From a virus (taxonomy: Duplodnaviria > Caudoviricetes), in IMG/VR virus record IMGVR_UViG_3300048609_000068, positions 11,412-75,411 of that record: a DNA stretch of 64,000 nucleotides. One strand, written 5' to 3'. The notes beneath the pieces were generated by a model. It saw only the letters and a list, made by a program, of their open reading frames with translations. It did not search any database and had not been told where the DNA came from. This document shows positions 49,001-57,829 of the stretch, one piece after another (position 1 is the stretch's first letter; every line of letters starts with the position of its first letter). A program made the position numbers and the translations under genes.

Positions 49001-49141
49001 GGTGCAAATCAGTGTACTTTGCTTTCCCAGCGGGGGGATTGGCTGGACGGAGTGATCGACAATGTTATTATGTATGGGCGTGTTCTTACTGCTGCGGAGA
49101 TGGCGTTACTTTGTAAAGACGGTTTAGGATTTTCTTGGTAG
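46073..49141 (+). CDS. Receptor-binding candidate: DUF1565-like beta-helix, Kelch propellers and LamG
   Basis: WVSPVGND...GSRELPFLTI; about 11 TWEWDG..W Kelch blades with VLFGG; C-terminal LamG (WYHVGMTV...LYINGKL...GVIDNVIMYGRVLT). Confidence 0.75.
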   Translation: MRVLWVSPVGNDSTATGSRELPFLTIEAAMAVFVSGDQIRLETGTYTPADSLIFSSLDGSIVSDTPGSATIQPVQTTNAATILISDCERFTVRGLCIVQASTPSNNSMGIQAISVDHFICDSCIIRDFLVTNTDSYGIYVSDSYGIVIRCHVENITNTYGNIYGVVAYTLDIVDCHTYDLNGTLAVVGIYAGKLWYLQDLIAYYKFELNANDSSDNDYHGTLESSNIPWDYNDDTHSTGYAVWDSNRNVVLMLNVNETLEWDGVNWKDRSHPSQSILPLGVSWSRWTGFGLAFDRSRNVAVTFGGIISDPGFAYLDSTFEWSSANRAWVEVFPAHKPSARRSHALGYDETRHEIVLFGGYTGAPNDETWVWDGVDWTQRFPASKPSARGKASFAWDSDREKLFLFGGWNEVTRYQDCWEWDGTNWTDVTPGGLKPEIRHSGEMVYDRVNNCMILFGGYAIVGVSLIHMCDTWKWEWTGGVPSWTELTPTSTPGNDVGGIAYDEVRHQIVLCRTWLWNGTNWKGDCPLNITYPAAAYDSRRKIVVQFGGGILFGVVKVTSQNTFEWDGCKWSDKTLDSGNPPARYYSKMCYDVLRNRTVLFGGFDGDVTNFQDTWEWNGITWTERFPMDKPSVRRDFAMAYDSVRNRTVLFGGWNGVLNYQDTWEWDGTNWTEILPVAKPSARYGCTATFDSVRNRVVLFGGYDVDYLQDTWEWNGVNWVDVTPGGLKPDARFGANFAYDSYRNKIIMSYGENAVWGSFADTWEWDGGTATWTQRIPMGISEPSSSKTVGHMVYDSEHRCMVVYSWPDVAPTASFGLYSSGKIGRGLVCDGYYDNVPNAIGYRQAVILPDDINNDILAYKALSISCFVKIRLYDSPPTEKQMFVSRLLDIGGVYTGSFGFGTFTDHEKLEAKVIFSGGIATAKSSFRLVSDTWYHVGMTVSESDSIIRLYINGKLDTVGVASSGTFIDTEAGAKMLIGANQCTLLSQRGDWLDGVIDNVIMYGRVLTAAEMALLCKDGLGFSW

Positions 49142-49151
49142 GAGTTGCAAA

Positions 49152-51722
49152 GTGAACATCATTTGGGTTTCTCCTTTTGGAAGTGACACGACCGGTGACG
49201 GATCGGAACAATCTCCTTATCTTACGATAGAAAAAGCACTTACTATTTTTGTTCCTGAAGATCAGATCAGGTTGAAGGACGGGACATATACCCCTGTAGA
49301 TAGCCTTGTATTTTCTGGTTCTGGGTCTCTTGTAGCGGACAATCCATGGGAAGTTACAATCCAGCCATCCGCTGTATCTGCAACAAGCGCTGTAATTTCG
49401 ATTGCTAATGCGTATAGGTTTACGATACGTGGAATCATTATAAAACAGGCCGTAGATCCAACGGGAAATTTTGTTGGGATTGCAGCAGACACCGTTACTT
49501 ATTTTGTATGTGAATCGTGTTCCGTAGAAGACTTTACTGCGAATTCGGCATCTTTACGTGGGATTTCAGTAAATGATTGTGGTGGGGTAATAAAAGATTG
49601 CTCCGTCGATAATTTTTACAATGCCGGAGCAAATATTTATGGTGTTTATGCACAAGATCTGGAAGTGGTTAATTGCGTGATAGGGTCACTCATAGGTGCT
49701 GCTGGAACTACGGTTGTTGGGGTAGATACCGATGGGGGAATTTTTTGGCCAAGAGTTGTTAGCGCCGCATTTGTAGATCTTTTTACCGTCGATGTTGTAT
49801 TTGATAAGGTAATGAACGCAGATTTTGAATTAACAAATCCTGCTAACTATACATTTACGGGAGGTGTAGTAACTGCTTTAGGTGTTACTATTCTAAGTAC
49901 CACTTCGGTTAGAATCTCAACAAATGAAATGCCACCTGCAACTTATACGATTGTTGTCGCACGTGATGTTACAGATTCTGGTGGTCATCCTATTGACCCC
50001 GCGCATAATTCTGCATTATTTACTGCGCTCGCGGTTGCTCCGCGAGTTCAATCTGCGTCCGGTTCGTGGAGATTTGTTACGGTTACATTTGATATGGATA
50101 TGTTAAACGATGCAGCATTAAATACTCCAGGTAATTATGTACTTGATTCTGGTGCTGTTGTTACTTCGGTGACTGTGGATTCTACTACGCAGGTTACGCT
50201 GCATACGGACATTCGCCAAACTGCTGGAACGTACTCAGTTACTGTATCAAATGTAAGAAGTTTGTCCTATGGAGTTCTGATCGATCCCGCGCATAATTCT
50301 GGTCCTTATACAATATCTTTACTTGCAAATAGATTGCTCATAGGGTTTGGCCCTGCTTATGTAGTTCCTGGTTATGGAACTTATTATCCGCCATGCGCGC
50401 GAGTATATGACCCTAATTCACAGACGGTTACCCCCAATGATACGATTTCACCACTAATAAGATGGCATCATGGTTGTGCCAGAGGTTCCCCTGCTGGAGC
50501 ACTTGTAGGGTACGGAAGTGTTAGTAACAATATAAAAAATGCATGGGCAAATTACACAGTTGGTGTCGGATGGACTTTAGCTGGTTACAATATTGCCAAC
50601 TATGCACCCGGTGAGCCACTTACTAATGACATAACAATGGATGCCAGTTCTCTTGTTGTACTCGGGTGGTTTGGCCTGAATCCTAACACGCGCTCTACTA
50701 CTGGAACTAAACTGTTATTACCTGTACCTGGCCCATTCACTTGGTTTCCGCCTGCGACGGTTACAACTTTTGGATATAGTGGTGCTAAGTTTAGAACACC
50801 TACTTCTACGCAATGGATCGGTTCTGCGAAGATTGCAGGGGTATTTCAGGCGTGCATAGCAACAAATCAGGCTACGGTTCCGCCTATCATTGAATACGTA
50901 TCGAATTGGCCAGTGTCTAAAACATTAGGGCATTGCTTTCTTGATGCACATCAAGGTCCTGGTGGTGAGTTCATCGTAGGAAATTGTGATGGGCGATATC
51001 TTCATGATATGGTGGAATGTCAAATGCCTGTATGGGGTCAAGTTGTAACTGCTTCCTCCGTTCATAAATCTAGTTTTATATGGCCTATCACATGGAACAA
51101 TTTGGTGTATAATGACTACATAACGTTTAATTTTAATCCTGCTACGAACATGTTGAAAGTGTACATTGGCGCTACTGGAACTCCTGTTACATATGGTGCA
51201 GAAGTTGACATTTCTGTAGATGGTCTTCATACCATTTATAATAGTGGCGCGACGAAATCAGTGGTTGTTCGAACGCAAATTGCTAACAAACCGGGGGTAA
51301 CTACAACTTACGATCAGGGACGTGCTAGATATCTTATGTGTGAATCTGTGTATAATTTGGACAGTACAAATACTTTTTTCATGTGTATAAATCCTACTGT
51401 ATATAACTCTATCCATATTATTCATTATGATGGGATTACTTATAAAGATATTACTCCTTATGTAGCCCATTTTCAGTTTTTTGGAAAAATAAGTGGCTGG
51501 GGTTCTTGGACTCCTCAGTATCTGGACGTTGGGCGTCGTTTATGTGTGATTGCTGCAGACATTAACAATGTTTATGCAGTATTTTGTCAAATGAATGTAA
51601 ATATGTATAATGGTAATTCGTGGGGGGCCGGGGTTCATATAGACGCAGAGGATCCAGTATTTGGCACAGTTTTCATTTCGCATTCTCCTGGTAGTACAAG
51701 TAACATGAACTTTATTTTTTAG
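49152..51722 (+). CDS. Receptor-binding candidate: DUF1565-like beta-helix, two Ig-like repeats and a C-terminal beta domain
   Basis: WVSPFGSD..GDGSEQSPYLTIEKAL; two repeats PRV.SA....V.V.FD..M......P.NY...IDPAHNS (DNA cccgcgcataattctg repeated near 49997 and 50286). Confidence 0.7.
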   Translation: MNIIWVSPFGSDTTGDGSEQSPYLTIEKALTIFVPEDQIRLKDGTYTPVDSLVFSGSGSLVADNPWEVTIQPSAVSATSAVISIANAYRFTIRGIIIKQAVDPTGNFVGIAADTVTYFVCESCSVEDFTANSASLRGISVNDCGGVIKDCSVDNFYNAGANIYGVYAQDLEVVNCVIGSLIGAAGTTVVGVDTDGGIFWPRVVSAAFVDLFTVDVVFDKVMNADFELTNPANYTFTGGVVTALGVTILSTTSVRISTNEMPPATYTIVVARDVTDSGGHPIDPAHNSALFTALAVAPRVQSASGSWRFVTVTFDMDMLNDAALNTPGNYVLDSGAVVTSVTVDSTTQVTLHTDIRQTAGTYSVTVSNVRSLSYGVLIDPAHNSGPYTISLLANRLLIGFGPAYVVPGYGTYYPPCARVYDPNSQTVTPNDTISPLIRWHHGCARGSPAGALVGYGSVSNNIKNAWANYTVGVGWTLAGYNIANYAPGEPLTNDITMDASSLVVLGWFGLNPNTRSTTGTKLLLPVPGPFTWFPPATVTTFGYSGAKFRTPTSTQWIGSAKIAGVFQACIATNQATVPPIIEYVSNWPVSKTLGHCFLDAHQGPGGEFIVGNCDGRYLHDMVECQMPVWGQVVTASSVHKSSFIWPITWNNLVYNDYITFNFNPATNMLKVYIGATGTPVTYGAEVDISVDGLHTIYNSGATKSVVVRTQIANKPGVTTTYDQGRARYLMCESVYNLDSTNTFFMCINPTVYNSIHIIHYDGITYKDITPYVAHFQFFGKISGWGSWTPQYLDVGRRLCVIAADINNVYAVFCQMNVNMYNGNSWGAGVHIDAEDPVFGTVFISHSPGSTSNMNFIF

Positions 51723-51771
51723 CAGAATACAGAAATTAATTTAAGTTTATGGTTAGGGCTAAAATAAAAAA

Positions 51772-53433
51772 ATGACCGTTCCAGGCTACATCGACAATTC
51801 AACGATCAGCAGAAGCAACACGATCCAGATCCGTGGAAACACGGTCTCTGATCTCCAAGGTGGAACTGTCGTTGCGTTCAATATTGCCCACGTAGATAAT
51901 GTTCTTGTCAAAAATAATAAAGCTCTCAGAATCAGGTCAACGACAGGATCTGCTGTTGGATTCAAAGTTGACTACGCGCTCCATGCAATTTTTCTTTATA
52001 ATGTAGCGAGCAGAACAAACTATGGTTTTTATCTGACGAACGTTGCAACGCTTGATGTTTACAATGCAACTGCCCATAATTGCACCCGTGGGTTTTATGT
52101 CGATGGCGCTGACGGGACCTTCAAAAATATTTCGATTTCTGCCTATCCAGATTCTTCTTTATACCGCGTAGCGGTTGGTATTTACTCCGGTGCTGGATTT
52201 ACCCAGGATGTTGATTACACATACCATGCAGGATTAGCTGCCCTTGTTGAATCGGGCACGGTCACACAAGGGACGATAGTAGAAGAAAAGCGGATTCTTT
52301 ATCTTGATGAACCAAACGATGATCTGACACCGGACTACATCTCAGAGCTCGTGAACACAGGGACATCCAATCCCATCTATGACGCTCCAGACATTGGTGG
52401 AGTCGAGACAACCATCACAGACGAGGTAACCACAAAACTAAATTATTTCTATGATCTGATCGACAATACTTTCTGGGATATCGACAACGAAAAAGCCGCT
52501 GAAGTGAGCCTGATCAAAGCTTTCCAGAGCCGTGTCCTTGCTGCTTCTGAAGTGGATGAACGGAACATGGAGAGAGATCTTTATTTGAATCAGATGATCT
52601 CCTCCCAACGGTTCTCTTCCCTTTTTCCTATGTATGCCCGCTATGTGAGTTCCAGCATTTTTGCGAAGTCTGTTCGGAACATGTTCTATGCAACGCAGAA
52701 TCCTGCAACGTTGGAATCCTACAATTCTGCGATTGGTGGCTATAATGTATTTCCTTCTTTCTTCCAGCGAATGGAAGATAATGTTGAATCTTGGATCATT
52801 GACGAATCTTATGTGGACGATGACAACTGGCTCAGTTCTTACTGGGGACTCCAGTATGGCATTTTTATTGATGTGCTCGGGACTGCTACGATGTCAACAG
52901 CGGCTTCAGGAGAATGCTATAATAACGTACAGAATTGTGTCTCGGATATTGCGCCTGTTGGATGGTTCCTCCATTCTGAACAACAACCGACAGATTATTT
53001 TCTTTTCACAGAAGGGTGGAACGGTTTTGAAGATTGTGCCTTGACGAACATGCATTATAATGATGATTATGGGATCGAAGTGACAGACATAACGGCTAAC
53101 GGGACGGTTGTTACTCCGGTTATTTCGACGTTTGGTCCTGCCGCTTCAGGTGTGAGCACGATCACGGTAGGTCCGAGCGGTGGTGTTGAAATTTCCCTCC
53201 TTGACAGAGTTTATAGCGAGAACATTACAAGGAAGTTTTACTATCGGACAGGAAACGATCCATCGATAATGGGGACTTGGACGGAGTTGACTCATAGAAT
53301 TAGTGGTTATTTTTACACGCTGGATCTTTATATCCAATTCAAGATCACGGTAGAGGATGTTCTGCGTGTTCCAGACTATGAATTTGTGGCTTTGTGTACT
53401 AGACCTTATAACCCAGCAAGGTACTGGTCGTAG
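51772..53433 (+). CDS. Beta-helix plus baseplate wedge (gpI-like) protein
   Basis: N-terminal parallel beta-helix rungs with a DIGG cap; C-terminal half helical with an A.QNPATLESY..AI...VAP-type wedge pattern; precedes the tail fibre. Confidence 0.5.
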   Translation: MTVPGYIDNSTISRSNTIQIRGNTVSDLQGGTVVAFNIAHVDNVLVKNNKALRIRSTTGSAVGFKVDYALHAIFLYNVASRTNYGFYLTNVATLDVYNATAHNCTRGFYVDGADGTFKNISISAYPDSSLYRVAVGIYSGAGFTQDVDYTYHAGLAALVESGTVTQGTIVEEKRILYLDEPNDDLTPDYISELVNTGTSNPIYDAPDIGGVETTITDEVTTKLNYFYDLIDNTFWDIDNEKAAEVSLIKAFQSRVLAASEVDERNMERDLYLNQMISSQRFSSLFPMYARYVSSSIFAKSVRNMFYATQNPATLESYNSAIGGYNVFPSFFQRMEDNVESWIIDESYVDDDNWLSSYWGLQYGIFIDVLGTATMSTAASGECYNNVQNCVSDIAPVGWFLHSEQQPTDYFLFTEGWNGFEDCALTNMHYNDDYGIEVTDITANGTVVTPVISTFGPAASGVSTITVGPSGGVEISLLDRVYSENITRKFYYRTGNDPSIMGTWTELTHRISGYFYTLDLYIQFKITVEDVLRVPDYEFVALCTRPYNPARYWS

Positions 53434-53440
53434 GTGACTT

Positions 53441-56245
53441 ATGCAAAGAACGAAATATTTTAATCACACGCGCCCTTCTGAAACTCAGCTCAACTGGACG
53501 GAGAATTCCCGTGTGTCCTCTATCTTGGAGCGTAGTAGGGAAAATTTCCAGTTTGGGATCGTCTCTGGTTTTACTATTACAATCAATGGTTCGGACCAAA
53601 CGAAAGTTGATATTTCAGAAGGGGAAGGTTATACAGGTGGGAAGTACCTTCTTAACTCCTATGTTGGAGCCAACTCAGGAGAACGGGTTAGCACGCGAAC
53701 AGCAACGGTGTCGGGTGGCGTAGCCACGAACATTTTTGGTGTGGCTCTTGCGGATTATGTGAATGGAACGAAGAACTACATCAGCTTGGTTTATGTTGAA
53801 GATGAAGCATATCCGTTGTCAGAAAGGACTTTTCCCTTTACAGCGCATGACACGGTTGTTACAGAAACTTATTCTGTATCCGTGATGACAGAGGCTAATT
53901 GGAATTTGCTTTCAGCTGCGGATCTCAATGAAAGAACCTTGTTGGGAATCGTGACAGCCCGTGGCGCGGGGGTGGCGATTACGGCAGCGGACATTGACCA
54001 GTTTGTTCAACCGAAGACGCATCCTACTCCGACACAGCCAATTACGATTACGGGCGTGACCATCGTTGGGGTTTCCGGAGAAACTCCGACTGGCTCGGGA
54101 ACGCTAAGGTACGATTCTACGACCCATACTTTCTTCTGGGCGGCGCCATTGGATACAGAAGGTTCGGGTCAGGCAGTTCTTAACTCCTGTCAGGTGACTG
54201 TTACCTCCGCGAATCTTGTTGACTACATAGTTATCAATGTTGATTATGGAAGTTTGCCTGTAGGAAATCTGTCGGATACCATTACGATCCGCGCTCTTTA
54301 TGGAAGAACCATCCCGATGGCTTGCGCGAAAGATACCGCGCATCGGGATATGGTTGGGAGCGGCGTTGTTTCTGTGACAAATCCGCATGGGATCGCTCTG
54401 GCAGATATTTCAGGAGGGAGCACCGAGAGCGATGATCTTCTTCATGTGAACGGGATTGTTTATGAGGCAGATGCTGATCAATTGTTGTGCGCTATTAATG
54501 TAGATCCAACGAAGATTGAAGTAAACAATTTTGGAGGTCCTTCCAATAGCTTTTTTGTAGATGGCTATTTGTTGGATGCGCTGCACGGGATTCCCGCACC
54601 GACCAAAGGTTCGATTGATTTTACCGGCGAGACGGTGGAAGGAGATTATTTATTTTACTTGGACTCTGCCGGGAATTTGGGGACTGTGTTGGTTTCTGCA
54701 TTTACGTCTACAGGTATCGCAGATGCTGATGTCCTTGATCCAAATATAAGAATTTATGATATGGCCAATAATGTAGCAGGAGATTTTGTTCTTGCGTGGG
54801 ATCCTGTAACGAGACTTATGACGTATAAAGCGCCAGGAGACGTTCCAGGAGCAGCTGTTTACATAGCATCTCAATGGGGAGCTGCTGCGGCTGTTGGATA
54901 TTACAAATTATTTTCGAGTAATACCGACAATTGGATCATTTTACGTTTTACCGATGATCCTGTGGGTGTTGGTTGGACTAGAGCTACATTAATGACAGCC
55001 GCCGCGCATAGCGAAGAAATGATTTTGAAGTTGGGAATTGGTTGTTGGAATGTATTTGCTCCAGCGACTCGTTTTGTAGCAGCAAGTGTAAGAGACATTC
55101 GTCAGTGGTATACATCTGACATTCGTCCTTCATTTTTGACAGAGCATGATAAGGACGGCTACCACACAAAACCATTGCGAAACCCTTTGTCTGTGGAAGT
55201 AACAGGATCCAATGCTATCTGTGGATTTGCTGGAGATAGCATGGGTGTTTACGGGTCTGCCAATTACATGGCTGTCTATGGATCAGCAGCGTCTGGGTTG
55301 GCCGGTGTGTTCGTAGCAAGTAGCACCGCAGTTTTGGGCTATGCGAGTGATGAGTATGGTGGGATGTTTACTGCAAGCAACACGGCTGTATATGCGTCTG
55401 CTACGGAAAATATCGGTGGTTATTTTAAAGCCAGTATAGATTATGGTGTTTTTGGGTCTGCTAAAAGATACTATGGTGGTTATTTTACAGCCAGTCTAGA
55501 TTTTGGTGTTTATGGATCTGCGGGAGGAGACTATGGTGTTTATGGATGGGCTGCCTCAAGCTACGGCGGTTGGTTTACGGCTTCAAACTATGGTATTGTT
55601 GGCTTAGCAAATGCTAGTGTTGCAGGAACAGCGTATGGTGCATCGGTTGAAGCAACAAATAGGAAAAGTGGAGAAAACGTAGTTGGAGTATATGGAAGTG
55701 CAGATGCAACAGCTGCAACTGTTTTTGGAGTGTATGGTTACCTTAGCTGTACAGACATATCTCCTATGTGCGCCGGATTTTTTTCTGCTTCTAATGATGG
55801 CACCGGTCCCGCATATGGAATTAGAGCCGCTGGAATTGGCAAAGGTGCTTATGTTTATGGAGCGTCAATTGGAGCTTTTGGGAGCTACAATGGAGATATC
55901 TATGGATTGTCAGCCATAGCACAGAATAGTAGTGTAGAAGCAAAAGAAATTGGTATTAAGGGGGCATGCGCGGGAACTGTGGGAACTGGCATCTATGGGA
56001 AGGGGGGAGCAAGTGCAGGTGGTATAGGAGTTTACGGAGTTGGCGCAACCGCTGTTTATGGGCTTGGTGGAGAAATTGGTGTTTGGGGATCGGCTGTAAC
56101 AGCTGTGTATGCAAAAGGATTGATTCGGTATGATGTCGATACTTGTGCGCATGCTGGACCAGCAGTTATTTACTTACCTGTTGTGGTTTCTAACGCCGAT
56201 GGCGGGCCGACAACTTGGGCGTTGGCGCTAACTCAAATAGCTTAG
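53441..56245 (+). CDS. Tail fibre protein
   Basis: N-terminal baseplate-anchor region, TNPHG knot, C-terminal GVYG/GGYF Gly-rich repeats. Confidence 0.75.
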   Translation: MQRTKYFNHTRPSETQLNWTENSRVSSILERSRENFQFGIVSGFTITINGSDQTKVDISEGEGYTGGKYLLNSYVGANSGERVSTRTATVSGGVATNIFGVALADYVNGTKNYISLVYVEDEAYPLSERTFPFTAHDTVVTETYSVSVMTEANWNLLSAADLNERTLLGIVTARGAGVAITAADIDQFVQPKTHPTPTQPITITGVTIVGVSGETPTGSGTLRYDSTTHTFFWAAPLDTEGSGQAVLNSCQVTVTSANLVDYIVINVDYGSLPVGNLSDTITIRALYGRTIPMACAKDTAHRDMVGSGVVSVTNPHGIALADISGGSTESDDLLHVNGIVYEADADQLLCAINVDPTKIEVNNFGGPSNSFFVDGYLLDALHGIPAPTKGSIDFTGETVEGDYLFYLDSAGNLGTVLVSAFTSTGIADADVLDPNIRIYDMANNVAGDFVLAWDPVTRLMTYKAPGDVPGAAVYIASQWGAAAAVGYYKLFSSNTDNWIILRFTDDPVGVGWTRATLMTAAAHSEEMILKLGIGCWNVFAPATRFVAASVRDIRQWYTSDIRPSFLTEHDKDGYHTKPLRNPLSVEVTGSNAICGFAGDSMGVYGSANYMAVYGSAASGLAGVFVASSTAVLGYASDEYGGMFTASNTAVYASATENIGGYFKASIDYGVFGSAKRYYGGYFTASLDFGVYGSAGGDYGVYGWAASSYGGWFTASNYGIVGLANASVAGTAYGASVEATNRKSGENVVGVYGSADATAATVFGVYGYLSCTDISPMCAGFFSASNDGTGPAYGIRAAGIGKGAYVYGASIGAFGSYNGDIYGLSAIAQNSSVEAKEIGIKGACAGTVGTGIYGKGGASAGGIGVYGVGATAVYGLGGEIGVWGSAVTAVYAKGLIRYDVDTCAHAGPAVIYLPVVVSNADGGPTTWALALTQIA

Positions 56246-56928
56246 TAACTGCAAGCGTTTGCCACTTCAAAACGAGTATCAGGAGTAAATTCATTAAGAT
56301 ATTGTTTGGCTTTTACAGAAAGTAATTCGTTGCATGTGGTGGTTCTACCAATGTCATTTTTGCATTCACTATATTTTCCTGAATTTTCATCATATGATGC
56401 AACTTGTCTATTAGCTGTAAAACAGATGCAAACTGGACACGTGGGGAAAGCCGCACAAGCGTCATCTGTGAGCTTATCTCTTATAAAAATGACAAATTCA
56501 CAAGCATTCACACACGTCCCTACCTTTTCTACCATATCTTCTGAGGAAGCACACCACGTATAAACTCCACACGTAGCGCATTCTCCTGTGCAGGGTTTCT
56601 CAAAGCAAGGGTCCTCCTGCATGAAATTAGTCCGTTGGCAACTGACCGCCCCACCATCGATCGTGCATTCCGTGGCAGGGTCAAAGCACTTGATTTTCTC
56701 TGTCGTCTTGTCCTTGACGCAGAGTTGCATCTCCCCCGTCTTCTCATTGATGGCTGTCAGGATCGACCCGTAGTCACTCCCTTCCGCGCAGAGCACTTCT
56801 CCTCCTGTCTGGATCTTGCATGCCGCATCCGACACGCAATACTTTGCGCCTCCACCGACAGGGAAACACATTTCTGAGGAACTTCCTCCACATCCAACCA
56901 ACGCGAGCACCAACAAAAGCTTTTTCAT
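56242..56928 (-). CDS. Cys-rich lipoprotein
   Basis: MKKLLLVLALVG-C canonical lipobox; more than 20 Cys in 228 aa; AAGGAGAGG SD. Confidence 0.8.
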   Translation of the reverse strand: MKKLLLVLALVGCGGSSSEMCFPVGGGAKYCVSDAACKIQTGGEVLCAEGSDYGSILTAINEKTGEMQLCVKDKTTEKIKCFDPATECTIDGGAVSCQRTNFMQEDPCFEKPCTGECATCGVYTWCASSEDMVEKVGTCVNACEFVIFIRDKLTDDACAAFPTCPVCICFTANRQVASYDENSGKYSECKNDIGRTTTCNELLSVKAKQYLNEFTPDTRFEVANACSY

Positions 56929-56940
56929 GACCTCTCCTTG

Positions 56941-56994
56941 TTTAGTAACCGTTCTCTAGTTTATCGTAGCAACTCGATCTTTTGTCCAACTAAA
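56941..56994 (-). repeat. 54-bp direct repeat copy 1 (promoter/leader of the lipoprotein gene)
   Basis: tttagtaaccgttctctagtttatcgtagcaac-tcgatc-ttttgtccaactaaa; 51/54 identical to 57776..57829. Confidence 0.95.
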
Positions 56995-57043
56995 CTCTTA
57001 ATCTATTTTTACCTTCCTTTTTGGACGACTATTCCAGATAGGG

Positions 57044-57754
57044 TTACCAGTCGTCCGATTCGTTGTCGTGCCATACGTGGCCAGCTGAGAATGTGGATGA
57101 CACACTTTGCCATGTGGCCCGTTTCTGCCAGAAGGCAACAGACCCGTTACCGTCGAAGTCTGTCCAGGCATTGCAGTTGAAGGCCGCGCCGCCTGCCTTG
57201 CTGCCGGTGGAAGCTTCGTATTGGTAGCACCCAAATACCGCGTCGGTGATAGCCCAGTTGATGGACCGGAACGCCGATCCTATCTTGAAAAAGCTTGATG
57301 GGATGAACCCGGAATCGCTGGGGGGGTAGTCTAGACCGTTTGGACATGCGCGCGGAGTGGATGGAGGCATTTTTCCGGGAGGTGTAGTTCCTAGCTCAAA
57401 GTAATCGACGACGCCCTTATAGCATATGTCCAAATTTTCATAGATCTCCTCAAGCTTGGCTTTTTTGTCAACTTGGTTGAAATAGTCTTGGATACTAAAT
57501 CCTTCTCTGTGTATTTCATTTGAGACAATCTTTACTGCAATCTGTGAGGTAGGATAATTGAGAATTATTTCTTTGATGTTAGCTTTTGCTTTTTCAAATT
57601 TCTCCTTTGCCTGTACAAATTCTCCCCTTGTTCTTGCTTCCTGGATTGCGTCAAGGCTTGCCATTGCTTCAACAAAGAGCGCATTGGCCTTTTCGTCGGC
57701 GCTGACGCAGGACAGATTGATCACAAAAAGTACGACATAGCGCAAATTGGACAT
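57044..57754 (-). CDS. Exported protein with a type IV pilin-like C-terminal domain
   Basis: Signal peptide MSNLRYVVLFVINLSCVSA; helical ANALFVEA...YPTSQIAVKI segment; then ENLDICYKGVVDYFE...FRSINWAITDAVFGCYQY...FNCNAWTDFDGNG, resembling myxobacterial pilin heads. Confidence 0.55.
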   Translation of the reverse strand: MSNLRYVVLFVINLSCVSADEKANALFVEAMASLDAIQEARTRGEFVQAKEKFEKAKANIKEIILNYPTSQIAVKIVSNEIHREGFSIQDYFNQVDKKAKLEEIYENLDICYKGVVDYFELGTTPPGKMPPSTPRACPNGLDYPPSDSGFIPSSFFKIGSAFRSINWAITDAVFGCYQYEASTGSKAGGAAFNCNAWTDFDGNGSVAFWQKRATWQSVSSTFSAGHVWHDNESDDW

Positions 57755-57775
57755 TAGCTCCTCCTGTTTTTCCTA

Positions 57776-57829
57776 TTTAGTAACCGTTCTCTAGTTTATC
57801 GTAGCAACCCGGACTTTTGTCCAACTAAA
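57776..57829 (-). repeat. 54-bp direct repeat copy 2 (promoter/leader of the pilin-like gene)
   Basis: tttagtaaccgttctctagtttatcgtagcaac-ccggac-ttttgtccaactaaa; overlaps the TAG stop of 57825..58745. Confidence 0.95.

Noticed and set aside
56961-56989. Sigma54 promoter in the repeat (TTGG...TTGC)
   Set aside because: GG-to-GC spacing is 15 nt rather than the required 10.
56941-57829. CRISPR array or att sites
   Set aside because: Only two copies, 835 bp apart, each directly upstream of a gene. The Cas4-like gene is 50 kb away, and no other cas gene or integrase is present.
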